26,818 nt of DNA from Candidatus Brocadiia bacterium (GCA_046538485.1 JBKHIT010000063.1:1-26818); one strand, 5' to 3'. Positions 1 through 9,568 are shown, numbered from the stretch's first letter. The notes: a model not told the origin generated them from the letters alone. A program made the numbers and translations.

Positions 1-447
1 TAAAGAAGAAAGAGACAGCGGCGAGATTATTCCGCGGCGCGCCAATATTCACGATCTCCGGCAAATACCACTCACTGCTATAGCGCTGTGAGGAATCGGT
101 GATGGTGGTAACCGGTGGATTATTGCCCCGCAGCAAAATTGTGTTTCCCACGGCGGTTCCGCCCGGCTCCCAGCTCCCGTGATCGGTGATCATATAGACC
201 GGATGACTTGGGCAATTGTAGGAGTACCGGCAGGAAAAACCCTGTGCTTTGAACGAGCCAAAGATGCGTTCCACCGGAGCGAGAGTCATCGAAAAGTCCA
301 TATCCTCGACCCGAACGGTGTGCGCAATTGGGCGAACATCGGCTGCTCGCCGCTACGCACCTGCACGTCGCCAATAGAAACGGCACCGAGGCCGAGCAGA
401 CGATCGTCCTCCTCCTTCAATTCAATCTGGCAATTGCCAATGTTCAT
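1..447 (-). pseudogene. Probable frameshifted or internally deleted gene running off the left window edge (hypothetical protein)
   Basis: ATG at 447 gives protein-like MNIGNCQIELKEEDDRLLGLGAVSIGDVQVRSGEQPMFAQLRTPFG, stopping at 286. A different frame from ~310 reads VEDMDFSMTLAPVERIFGSFKAQGFSCRYSYNCPSHPVYMITDHGSWEPGGTAVGNTILLRG...YSSEWYLPEIVN and stays open to position 1. Two separate small genes cannot be excluded. Confidence 0.5.
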
Positions 448-586
448 TTTGTTTTGCTTTCTGTAATTGTGCCTTCGCACTATTAATCTTAATCCTGGTC
501 GTGATCGTCTCTTACCAAATTATAGCGGCTCCTATTCACGTTTACAGAAGGGCCGCTCTCTAAGTTTGTTTCTGGATCTCTGCGAG

Positions 587-893
587 TGTCATTCTGAGGA
601 GCGGGAAGAGGTCATTCCACCCACAGGGTATCGGGAACCGGGCTCAAGCCACTGGGCGTTCAGTGCCCCGGAAATGAGCGACGAAGAATCTAAAACGCAC
701 AATTACCCCCGACCGGTGCAAGCGGGATGACTCTCAGCGGAGCCCGGTCTACGTGCCTCGCAGTGGTTCCCGGTCCAATTCACGTCAAATTCTTCGTCGC
801 TCTTTTGCATGAGAACTGAACGCTTTCGGGCCCAAAGCACAGTTTCCGGTAGTTTCTGGGCACAATAGACTCTTCCCGCTCCTCAGAATGACA
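587..893. repeat. REP/REPIN-like long imperfect inverted repeat (arms ~587-689 and ~789-893)
   Basis: TGTCATTCTGAGGAGCGGGAAGAG (587-610) is the exact reverse complement of 870-893. GAGCGACGAAGAAT (676-689) is the exact reverse complement of 789-802. The sequence between the blocks aligns partially (shared GCGTTCAGT). Confidence 0.85.
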
Positions 894-984
894 GTGAGCA
901 CGTTTCCCGAGAAATGGCTCGGCTGAGGATATCGTCATCGCCTCCCTCGGGGAGGAACCCTCTTTAAGCTCCATAGAAACATCA

Positions 985-1824
985 TCATTCAACAAGGATC
1001 AGATACCCCATCCGCTGCGGCGATCGGTGGGGTTGGCCATAACTGATCGGACTCCAGTTCATGAACACGGCCTTCCGCTTTTTTGCGGAATCCTTGGCAG
1101 GTGGCCGCTCATACCGCAGGAAATTGGCTCTGAGTTTCATCGGGCGGAGCTTGTTCCCGCGGCGTCGGCGCATCAACTCCTCCGCGGGCAGCGCGATATC
1201 CACGATCCACCCCTCCTCTACATGCTCTACGGCCGTCCGTAAGCCCTTTATGTCGTAATCCAGAAACGTCCATAGCTGGCGCAGGCTCCCCCGGTCCAGC
1301 GTTCCATTCTCCCGGGAGGATGGCTCGCCCGTGAGCAAAAACAGCTTGTCCAGAATATCGCTGTCAGGGTTCACCTGCACCTCATACCACTGGCGCCCGT
1401 CTCCCACCGGATCAATGAAAACCTCCACGACATCGCCCTCATAATGGGCAGCATCGCGTCCGTCGTACGGCGCATACGGTTCCGTGTCCTGGCAGATAAA
1501 TCGGACGTATATCCCGTCCTCATCCCACAGCAGTTTCACTTCGGTAGGAACGGGATCTTTTACATCCTCCGGCCCGTTCAAAGACAGGGACAGCTCCTCG
1601 ATACTGGCCGCTTCCTCCCACACGGGCTCCTCAGGGTCAGCATTGATCGCCGGCGCCTCCGCAGCACGCGGCAGCGTGATCTCAGGCAATGAGCGCTCAC
1701 CCGCACAGACCGTTTCATGAGCAAAACCGGAAAGTAAAAACAGGCCCAGAAGAACCAAGAACCACCCTTTACGCGCTCTGCGGGAACAAAAAAGCACGAC
1801 AGCACGACGCGCGGTCATAAACAT
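985..1824 (-). CDS. Secreted carbohydrate-binding family 9-like (CBM9/DOMON-like) protein
   Basis: N-terminal hydrophobic signal; APAINADPEEPVWEEA, TEVKLLWDEDGIYVRFICQD, EGDVVEVFIDP, WYEVQVNP, GWIVDIALP and LRANFLRYE are typical CBM9-like motifs; GAGG SD upstream of the start. Confidence 0.8.
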   Translation of the reverse strand: MFMTARRAVVLFCSRRARKGWFLVLLGLFLLSGFAHETVCAGERSLPEITLPRAAEAPAINADPEEPVWEEAASIEELSLSLNGPEDVKDPVPTEVKLLWDEDGIYVRFICQDTEPYAPYDGRDAAHYEGDVVEVFIDPVGDGRQWYEVQVNPDSDILDKLFLLTGEPSSRENGTLDRGSLRQLWTFLDYDIKGLRTAVEHVEEGWIVDIALPAEELMRRRRGNKLRPMKLRANFLRYERPPAKDSAKKRKAVFMNWSPISYGQPHRSPQRMGYLILVE

Positions 1825-1857
1825 ATAACACCTCTTCTGTTTGTTTAACGTATTCTC

Positions 1858-1974
1858 TTATTCCAGGCCGCTCATGAAACATAATTCCAGCGATCGTGGA
1901 TCACCGGCCCATGCACCGGAATAAGCAACGATAAAGACCGTCCCTACCAACGCCACTATCAAAACTCTAATCAC
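1858..1974 (-). pseudogene. 38-aa ORF that is essentially a Sec signal peptide (gene remnant or small membrane peptide)
   Basis: GTG overlaps the TGA of the upstream sulfatase-like gene (GTGA). It reads MIRVLIVALVGTVFIVAYSGAWA|GDPRSLELCFMSGLE*, with an AxA cleavage motif. Confidence 0.45.
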
Positions 1975-3446
1975 TTACCACCGTAGTCCGGCATAGCCGA
2001 GGCATACAGCCGATCTGAGCCGAAGTAATTGGTGTAGTTCGGCGGGCTCGGCCAGCCCTCCCAGAACTCGCACTCATCCGGAAATGGGGGCCGGCCCTCT
2101 TCCTCCAGCCACCGCAGCAATCTGGAGTCGGTATTTCTTTCTCTGAGGCTATTCAGGACGCTCTCCCGCAGATTGGCCCGGACGCGCGGGTGTTCCTCGG
2201 ACACGTCCTCGCTTGATCCCACGCGGTTGAGTTTCGAATGACGTGGGTCGGCGGCAAAATGCAGGTTCCACTCGCCGGTGGTGGCGAATAGGAGGGGTTC
2301 GTCCGTACACTGGGCCCACCCCGCATCGGCAGCACATCCGGTCAGGACAATCTCCCTTTTCCCCTCCCCCTGCCGGTGGTCGGTCTCCAGCAGGTTCCGG
2401 CCCTCCAGTTTCGAAGTCTCCTCCACCCCGCAAAGGCTGAGCACGGTTGCGGTGATATCCTGGGGTTGCACCAGTCCACCGACCGTTCGCGGGGTCGCCC
2501 CGGGCACTCGGATGAAGAGGGGCACGTGGGCCTCCTTTTCCCGCGGTGGCCAGAACTTGCCGAAACGATTTCGTTCGCCCAGGTTCGTTCCGTGATCGGA
2601 GGTGAAAATCACCGCGGTTTCCTCGTGCAGGCCGGTCTCCTCCAGGGCATCCAGCAGTCGCCCCAGGTTGTGGTCCATCCACGAGACTTCGGCGGCGTAG
2701 AAAGCGCGTATGCGGGCCGCGGCTTCTTTAGTGAGACCTTCCTCATTCCGACCCACCTGGCTGCGGGGATCGAATTTGCCGTCAAACCCATCGACCTCCG
2801 CGTACTTCAGAACGAACTCCCGCGGAGCATCCCATGGCTCGTGCGGATCGAAACTATCGACCCAGAGCAGAAACGGGGTTTTCGTGCCGAATTCCTCGAG
2901 CCAATCGCAGGCCGAACCGAACAGCCGCGCGGTCGTCCAGTCCTCGATGGCGCTACGATGGCGATTGGCGCGGGCGTAATTCTGGATGACCCCATCCTTC
3001 AGTAACTCGTCGTCCACAAAATCAAAGACCGGATCCCGTCCCCAGTTCTCGGGCACCTCATGCACCGGCCCGGCCAGAGGACGGTCCGCTTCGCCGCCCC
3101 GGATGAAGGTCCAGCCCTGGAAGGGGAAATCGAAGTTGTGTCCCCCGTTGGCCATGTGCGGCGTGTCGTGCATGAGTTGAGTGCAGTATCCCGCCCGGCC
3201 CACCAGTTCGGGGAAGGTGGCCACGTCGTAACGCAGCGGTCGCCAAGGATGGAAAGGCCCCCCGTATCGCCCCGTCAGCACATCCGTCCTGTGCGGCAGT
3301 GTGGGATAGCTGGCAGCATAACAGTGCTCGAAGACCGTTGACTGGGCCGCCAATCGGTCCATCGACGGCGTCTCAATCCACTGGTTTCCGCAGGCCCCAA
3401 CGTGGTCATAGCGCAAAGTGTCGGCAATGATCAGGACAACATTCAT
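1971..3446 (-). CDS. Sulfatase-like hydrolase (alkaline phosphatase superfamily) with Thr at the usual Cys/Ser position; no signal peptide
   Basis: MNVVLIIADTLRYD, TPSMDRLA, SYPTLPHRTDVLTGRY, DSFDPHEPW and FTSDHG motifs. Confidence 0.88.
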   Translation of the reverse strand: MNVVLIIADTLRYDHVGACGNQWIETPSMDRLAAQSTVFEHCYAASYPTLPHRTDVLTGRYGGPFHPWRPLRYDVATFPELVGRAGYCTQLMHDTPHMANGGHNFDFPFQGWTFIRGGEADRPLAGPVHEVPENWGRDPVFDFVDDELLKDGVIQNYARANRHRSAIEDWTTARLFGSACDWLEEFGTKTPFLLWVDSFDPHEPWDAPREFVLKYAEVDGFDGKFDPRSQVGRNEEGLTKEAAARIRAFYAAEVSWMDHNLGRLLDALEETGLHEETAVIFTSDHGTNLGERNRFGKFWPPREKEAHVPLFIRVPGATPRTVGGLVQPQDITATVLSLCGVEETSKLEGRNLLETDHRQGEGKREIVLTGCAADAGWAQCTDEPLLFATTGEWNLHFAADPRHSKLNRVGSSEDVSEEHPRVRANLRESVLNSLRERNTDSRLLRWLEEEGRPPFPDECEFWEGWPSPPNYTNYFGSDRLYASAMPDYGGK

Positions 3447-3614
3447 GGTGAATCGCCTTTCTCATCATTATGCTAAAAGGAGTGTTCATTTCTGCTATCC
3501 TCGTCGGAGGATGTTCTCAATTGCGGGCTTAGTGGTCCATGACAGTTGATTTCAGGAGTCCAGACACGGATAAACGCGATTATACAACAGACATGTCCAT
3601 GGTTTTCTCAACCT

Positions 3615-3651
3615 AAAAAGGCAGAGGACCACTTTAGGCCGGTCCTCTGCC
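3615..3651 (-). terminator. Rho-independent terminator downstream of the 1016-aa hydrolase
   Basis: Perfect 11-bp stem GGCAGAGGACC (3620-3630) / GGTCCTCTGCC (3641-3651), 10-nt loop, followed on the minus strand by TTTTT (3619-3615). Confidence 0.8.
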
Positions 3652-3677
3652 CCTGACGACCTCAGTTGTCCTATCTG

Positions 3678-6600
3678 TCAATCCACCAGCCGCCAGACGA
3701 CGCTGCTGCTGGGGTGGGGATGCCAGTAACGGTGGAACGTCAGCCCATTGAGCTTCGTCACCGCCTTATTCTGGCCGAACGTCATCCGCGGACCACTCTG
3801 GTTGCCCACTTTCCAGGTGAACTTAAACTCCTCGCCGGCCTCGAGATTAAGGTCTCCCTCAAAATATTCACGTGGGATGGCGGCCTCGTATATCCGCACA
3901 TTCTCCGCCACCTGCTTGACCGCATGCCTGGCACCAGGGGTGGGGCCGAAATCCTCCCACGCGCCCATCAGCTGACGCGGGTAGAAATGCACCCGCGGGC
4001 TCTCCGGGGAAAGCATCTGCCACAACTCGCTCTCCTCATCCTCACACAGATGAAGCACGAACTCGTAGTCGGTATCGGGCACGGCATGGAAACCATAAGG
4101 CACCCGATCGGTGGTCGGGGTAAAGTCATGCCATCCGTCCTGCACGTTGAAAGCCAGATGCAAGCGGTCGCCCTCATGGGGGGCCGCAGACGACTTGTTT
4201 GGCGAGTGACGGTAGACAAAAGGTACTTCCGCGAAACTGCGGTCTTCAAGCCCTCTTTTCTCCATCCAGCTCTTATAGGGCTCCATCTCGTCGGACTCTT
4301 CCTCGTGAAAGTACCAGTCATCATCACGCGTCTCCATCCGCACCATGTTGGACTGCGGAGTGCTATCGTAAACACGGGCGGCAACATAGATGTGCTCCTC
4401 ATCCCATGCCATCCTGAACTCCGCCGCCGTATCGTCCGGCTCCAGCTCCCGGGCCTCCAGCCAGGGCCGTCGCGCCAGTTCGCTTAGATCATGCGGCATC
4501 TCGCGCATGCCCCGCACCGTTATGCTCGGCACGTCCTCCCAGTCGGCAAGGTCGCCGTCTATGGTCGGAGTAAGGCGCGGGACGGCGGTCACATGCAGCA
4601 CTTCGGAGTATTCCGCCAGGCCCGCATCGGTATCGAAGCTGAATGAAAATTCGTAAGCATTCGCCTTGTTGGGCGTTGCATCGGAGATCGCAAAACTGAG
4701 CACACGCTCCTCACCAGCCTCCAGCTCCACCTTTTCACTCACAGAGGCCAGCTCAATTCCCGCCGGCGCTTTCACTTCAAAAGTACCGGTGATCGGCCGA
4801 TTAATTCGGTTTGTCACCTCAACCTGCAGCTCGGCATCCTCGTCATCGAGCATAGAGGTGAAATCGCGCGGCAGGATCTCCGAAGGAACCCTGTCACGGA
4901 TCTCCGCCTTGCGGATGCGATCTGCAATCGCAGTGGGCCCTTCTTCCGAGCGCATATACGTGGGACGCTGGTCCAGCTGGATCCTCACTTCGTCCCGGTC
5001 CTCATACACTGGATTTCCGGCCAGATCGTAGAAATTGATCAGGCCGTCGCTGTTATCGATGGTGATCGTCCCGCCTTCCGGCACCGCATCAACCTGGCTC
5101 CATATGCGGAATTTCGGTGAATCCTCCGGACTCGGCCCCTGCCGGCTGATTAACTGACCGAACATAACCACCAGCGCCTCCGGATCATCGTCCTCCCCGA
5201 ACTGGAATAACCATGGCAAATGGTCGTGGAAGATCAGGCGCTCGAATTCCCGGCCGGTCACAAAGTGATTGAACGCGGCAGTGGCCGATGCAACAGTGGT
5301 CGGCATATGCCATTTGTCATCCACTCCCGGAACCGAAGTATAAACCGTTTTGGGATGCCAGAGGATAACTATTTTCTGCCCCGAGGCCATAAGCTGTGAG
5401 GCCAGCTGGGGAAGCAGGTACTCGCTTATCGCAAGCCAGGTCTCGGTCTCGATCGATATCTTCCCGCGGGCTTCGGCGGCAAGGGGACCGTAGCAGCCGG
5501 GAGGAGTGCCGTAATGGCTGGTGAACACGTCGATGTAATCCGCCATCGGATAGTTGCCGTCCTCGTCGGGGTCGGAGAAGAGTTTATCTTCGGTGTTCAT
5601 CTCCGAAGAACAACCAAGCACCTTGATATCCTCGCTGACCCGCCGAAGAGAACGGGCGATTGCCTTATGCATCGAACGGTACTGCGGTATATCGCTGGCA
5701 CGGCCACTGATGCTTCCACCCTCCCACGGTTCGTTGAAGTTCTCCACCCCCCACAAAGCACCCTCACCATCTTTCCAATAGCGCCTGGCAAATGCTTCAA
5801 CCCAGCGGCCAAGAGGGCAAATCTCGCCATCCTCCCGCTCGTCCTGCGGCGTCCAGAAATCGGGCGTCCCCATCCAATCGGCGTTGGCCATGTAGGGGTT
5901 ACCGTCCCAGCCAGGATCCACCACCGCGGGGGTCTGGTGAGGACTGAAAGGCCATGACCATTTCGGGTGTGCACCGAGGGTTATCATAGCCTGCAAGCCC
6001 CCGTCCTCCAGCTTCCCCATTTTGTCGTCAAGATTATCCCAGCTCATACTACCGTCCTCGCCTATGTTAGGACTGGTGCCCGAGCGGATAACGCGGATAC
6101 CCATACGGGCCTGGGCCGTCGCTCCGTGTGGACTCTTCATCATCGCACCTTCCCCCATAATCGGGGTATTGTCCGAGGTGCCTTCGGCTACCTCCGGCAC
6201 GCGGGCCAGAGTGCCGAGAAAATAGCGATCTCCATCGCGCTCGGCCACCAGCGCATAGGTACCGAACCGTTCCGGTACGGGAAGATCCTCGACCTCAAAT
6301 TCGGTCTTGCCCTCCTCGCCGAACTCTACGCCTACCGTCTGGCGGATCGGGTCTCCCTCAAGCTGGATAAAATCGGCGTGACCGTACGGGTCCACATGAA
6401 CGTCCATATTCTTATCCGGCACCTGAGTGTGGATACCCTGAATCTCAAGCACGTAATCCACCGTCTCGCTCTCGTTGCCCTGCGGAGCGAACTTGAACCG
6501 GGCGTTCACCGTCTCGCCGGGGAAAAACAGCTGCCCGGGCGCGTTTGTGCCGAGGTAGACGTGCTTATTGCTGGGCATCCTACACTCCAGCACCTCCATA

Positions 6601-6728
6601 TTCCCTTTGTTCACCAGCGAACGGGCCTGCACAACAGCAATTGTGGATGCGACTAAAGTTAACAGAAACAGCAATGCAAAAATCCTGATCAAACAAACGG
6701 CTCCAACCTGTCTAATTCGTCGTTTCAT
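3678..6728 (-). CDS. Large secreted multidomain glycoside hydrolase-like protein (clan GH-A-like TIM barrel + NEW3/Ig-like + CBM9-like sugar-binding domain)
   Basis: Signal peptide; AAGGAGG SD; SWDNLDDKM...GLQAMITL; ENFNEPW (acid/base NEP-like); YIDVFTSHY; ISIETETW (candidate nucleophile); LQVEVTN...GTFEVKAPAG...VELEAGEERVL; PTIDGDLADW...FRMAWDEEHIYVAARVYD. Confidence 0.72.
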   Translation of the reverse strand: MKRRIRQVGAVCLIRIFALLFLLTLVASTIAVVQARSLVNKGNMEVLECRMPSNKHVYLGTNAPGQLFFPGETVNARFKFAPQGNESETVDYVLEIQGIHTQVPDKNMDVHVDPYGHADFIQLEGDPIRQTVGVEFGEEGKTEFEVEDLPVPERFGTYALVAERDGDRYFLGTLARVPEVAEGTSDNTPIMGEGAMMKSPHGATAQARMGIRVIRSGTSPNIGEDGSMSWDNLDDKMGKLEDGGLQAMITLGAHPKWSWPFSPHQTPAVVDPGWDGNPYMANADWMGTPDFWTPQDEREDGEICPLGRWVEAFARRYWKDGEGALWGVENFNEPWEGGSISGRASDIPQYRSMHKAIARSLRRVSEDIKVLGCSSEMNTEDKLFSDPDEDGNYPMADYIDVFTSHYGTPPGCYGPLAAEARGKISIETETWLAISEYLLPQLASQLMASGQKIVILWHPKTVYTSVPGVDDKWHMPTTVASATAAFNHFVTGREFERLIFHDHLPWLFQFGEDDDPEALVVMFGQLISRQGPSPEDSPKFRIWSQVDAVPEGGTITIDNSDGLINFYDLAGNPVYEDRDEVRIQLDQRPTYMRSEEGPTAIADRIRKAEIRDRVPSEILPRDFTSMLDDEDAELQVEVTNRINRPITGTFEVKAPAGIELASVSEKVELEAGEERVLSFAISDATPNKANAYEFSFSFDTDAGLAEYSEVLHVTAVPRLTPTIDGDLADWEDVPSITVRGMREMPHDLSELARRPWLEARELEPDDTAAEFRMAWDEEHIYVAARVYDSTPQSNMVRMETRDDDWYFHEEESDEMEPYKSWMEKRGLEDRSFAEVPFVYRHSPNKSSAAPHEGDRLHLAFNVQDGWHDFTPTTDRVPYGFHAVPDTDYEFVLHLCEDEESELWQMLSPESPRVHFYPRQLMGAWEDFGPTPGARHAVKQVAENVRIYEAAIPREYFEGDLNLEAGEEFKFTWKVGNQSGPRMTFGQNKAVTKLNGLTFHRYWHPHPSSSVVWRLVD

Positions 6729-6888
6729 AATACTTCCTCCTTAAATTGACCTATTGACATTAAAATGTTACTTGAGCGAATTTTAAAAACTCTTCTAACA
6801 GTAGAAGTCTTTGGAAACGCGCAGATTCTTTACCACTTTCACTATGTTATCGTATTTTAGAAAAGTTGACATAAGAGAGCTCTTTTTT

Positions 6889-9513
6889 TTACAATCCGAA
6901 AGATGTCGCTTCCTTCAGGTCTTCTGATATGGCGGGAGTGAGCCTTTTCTCCTCCAACCCACTGTATTTACCCTTGGGGAGCATATCTTGCGGCGGGAGG
7001 CGATAGACGATCTTCAAATTCTTCCAGTTATTTTCCTGAGTCACTATGATCTCGCCATTGGATCTCTTGAAAGCTGCAATTGCCCAGGGGATATCCAGCC
7101 AGCTCTTTTCCGCGTAAAGCCGGGGTCCGGGGGTCATCCATCCCAACGATTCGCCGGTACGTATATTAAAAACATGCACCGATTCATCGCCCTCCTTATC
7201 CGTGCCCTGAGCTGCGAAAAGCAGCCCCCCGGCAACGTCCCAGGAGCTGATATCCCGTCCCATATCGATTACCGACAGGATCTCGCGTCTCTCTTCATCC
7301 ATGAAATTCTCGTAAACAACGAACTCAGGCCCCACTTTGCCGGTTAAGCTGCCCTCGTAATCGGCCGTATAGCCCGATATATACATGCGGTCGCGATCCG
7401 CATCGTAGTGAAAATCCTCAATAACCGTCCTGCCTTTATGGCGTCCGCGTCCGGCAAACGGAGCGGGATTTTCGATAAGTTCGGCATTTTGCAGATCAAA
7501 ATCATAAATGGGATTCTCATGTTCATCAAACCCCTTCAGTTCATACCGCAATATGCCCCTTCCATCCCGATTTTTGAACCCGGCGGAGAAATCATCCCAA
7601 AGGTTGCCATGGGAATCAAGACGCCACTTACGGTTGTTCTCGTGACCCTCTATATCAAAATACTCATCGGGGGTCATCTTCCCGTCACCATCCACGTCAC
7701 GCCACATCATCCGGGCCGGAATATCTCCATCCATAGGCCGCTCCGGCGGATAATCCTCATCGGAATGGTGTCCGTTACTAAGAAATACCGAGGGGACGAA
7801 AATTTCGCCGCCTTCTTCCTTCCGGAGTATCAGCGTACCGGTTCCCCCGCCGCCCCCACCGCCGTCGGTCTGCAGATACAGCCGCCCGTTCGGCAAACGT
7901 ATAACTTCGCCACGGTAATTGCGGCTGTCATGGGGATACCGGCTATTATCCCGCGTGACGGCAACCCATTCGTCCAGCCGCTCAGTGCGATCATAATTAA
8001 GTACAAACTTGTTGGCAGAACCCTGCCCGGAATAAACAACCGTGCCGTCATAGGCCGGATCAAAACTGGCCCCGTCCATAAACGTGGCGGTATAGCGTTC
8101 CCATCGTACCGATCGGTCCGCGTCGAACTGACGGATGAAGCTGCCGCTGGCACCTCTCGTGCTAACCGTTACCCGTCCCTGAGCATCAACTCCGACGCCT
8201 GAAAGCATATCAAGGCGGTGGGGCTCCCTGCTTCCTTTGACCGGCCCAGCGAAAATACCGCCCTCCTCTCCGATCTTATCGACCAGTTCCGGCTCGGAAT
8301 CGGAACCGGAAACGTCATAAACAAACACCTGGAATCTTTCCGGATGTGCATCGGCCACGTAAAGCAGGTTTTCAGGCCCGCCACAATCTAAGGCGGAAGG
8401 ACGCTTCAGGTCGGTTATCCGGCGGCCGGTGGCTACGCCATCCTGCGTGTACTCAACCACGCGATGCGGACCGCGATCAAGCCACCCGGACCTGCCCTCC
8501 AGCTCTTCGGCATCCGGCCGTTGAATAATCCAAAGGTTTCCGTTTTCATCAAGGGTAACAGGCCCGGGATAGGGCACTTCAAAACTGTCCCGCTTCTCCA
8601 TCGTCTCAACGTCCAGCAAAGTGATCTGCTGGTTTATATCATCGGCAACAAAAAGCGTCACCCCGTCACTAACCATACCACGAAGTTGCGGCGGTGGCCG
8701 GCGGTACATCTCGGCCAGACTCGGATCTTTTTCCAACTGCTTTTCCCGTTTCCAATCCGACCAAAGATATTCCGGCCTTTCCAGCCAGACATTATAATTG
8801 GGCAGATTTCCAAATTCCTTATCATACCGCCAACGCGCTCCATTAAGCAGCTTCAGCCCCCGCTCCGGGCCGGGCCCGTCGATCGGGGCGGGAAGGGTCC
8901 TGAGCTCCTCTTTATACCCTTTAAACTTTCTATGGTGATGATTTCGGTAATAACGCGCCACCCCCATCAGTTCCTTACCCTGCTCATTCTTTTTCTTATA
9001 TGGCACATAGACATATTTGTCGTCAGCAGTTATTACACGGGACGTTCCGCTGGGCACACCGGCAATAATATCGCCATCCTCGGAGTACAAAGTCGCATTC
9101 CGATGTGCTTCATCCCACGGACTGTGTGTCACCACCATTCCGTCATCGGTGACCATCAGATAGCCGATAGATGTCTGCATCCACTTGGGCCCTCCCGGCC
9201 AGGACATGCCGAACCAGGTAGTGGAATACTCCAGCCCCTCATCGGTTTCCTGGTCCGGCTCGGCGATGTATTCCTCCTGTGAACGCGGCTCCGTCATATC
9301 CGGTTCGCCCACGGGACTGCCGCCAATCTCCGTCTCAGCCCCTTCACCGCCGCGCCGCTCTGCGAGCTGGGTATCGGAGGCCTCGGCCGGCTCTTCTGCC
9401 GGATCGCGCCGGGCCCACATAAAAACCGCTGTTACTGCAATCACCAGCAACACAAATGCAAGCATTGCAAACTTATTTTTCTTTTTTTTTCTCGTCCTTC
9501 GGGTTCTCGTCAT
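6889..9513 (-). CDS. Membrane-anchored NHL/beta-propeller-like protein, paralog P1
   Basis: Basic N-terminus, one TM helix, acidic linker; repeats PGPVTLDENGNLWI, LYVADA, LSGVGVDAQGRVTV; DVDGDGKMTPDE Ca-binding-like loop; alignable along its length to 11868-14435 and 16018-18603. Confidence 0.75.
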   Translation of the reverse strand: MTRTRRTRKKKKNKFAMLAFVLLVIAVTAVFMWARRDPAEEPAEASDTQLAERRGGEGAETEIGGSPVGEPDMTEPRSQEEYIAEPDQETDEGLEYSTTWFGMSWPGGPKWMQTSIGYLMVTDDGMVVTHSPWDEAHRNATLYSEDGDIIAGVPSGTSRVITADDKYVYVPYKKKNEQGKELMGVARYYRNHHHRKFKGYKEELRTLPAPIDGPGPERGLKLLNGARWRYDKEFGNLPNYNVWLERPEYLWSDWKREKQLEKDPSLAEMYRRPPPQLRGMVSDGVTLFVADDINQQITLLDVETMEKRDSFEVPYPGPVTLDENGNLWIIQRPDAEELEGRSGWLDRGPHRVVEYTQDGVATGRRITDLKRPSALDCGGPENLLYVADAHPERFQVFVYDVSGSDSEPELVDKIGEEGGIFAGPVKGSREPHRLDMLSGVGVDAQGRVTVSTRGASGSFIRQFDADRSVRWERYTATFMDGASFDPAYDGTVVYSGQGSANKFVLNYDRTERLDEWVAVTRDNSRYPHDSRNYRGEVIRLPNGRLYLQTDGGGGGGGTGTLILRKEEGGEIFVPSVFLSNGHHSDEDYPPERPMDGDIPARMMWRDVDGDGKMTPDEYFDIEGHENNRKWRLDSHGNLWDDFSAGFKNRDGRGILRYELKGFDEHENPIYDFDLQNAELIENPAPFAGRGRHKGRTVIEDFHYDADRDRMYISGYTADYEGSLTGKVGPEFVVYENFMDEERREILSVIDMGRDISSWDVAGGLLFAAQGTDKEGDESVHVFNIRTGESLGWMTPGPRLYAEKSWLDIPWAIAAFKRSNGEIIVTQENNWKNLKIVYRLPPQDMLPKGKYSGLEEKRLTPAISEDLKEATSFGL

Positions 9514-9568
9514 ACGTTTTCTCCTGGAATTGCTGGAAAGCGGTTTTAAAGGTCCCCACAGATACTTT

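Noticed and set aside
587..893. Possible CRISPR or attC array
   Set aside because: Only two units, inverted rather than direct; no cas or integrase gene; no regular spacing.
467..995. ORFs 467-730 (+) and 780-995 (-) sharing CHSEEREE
   Set aside because: Fully explained by the DNA inverted repeat; no independent coding signal.
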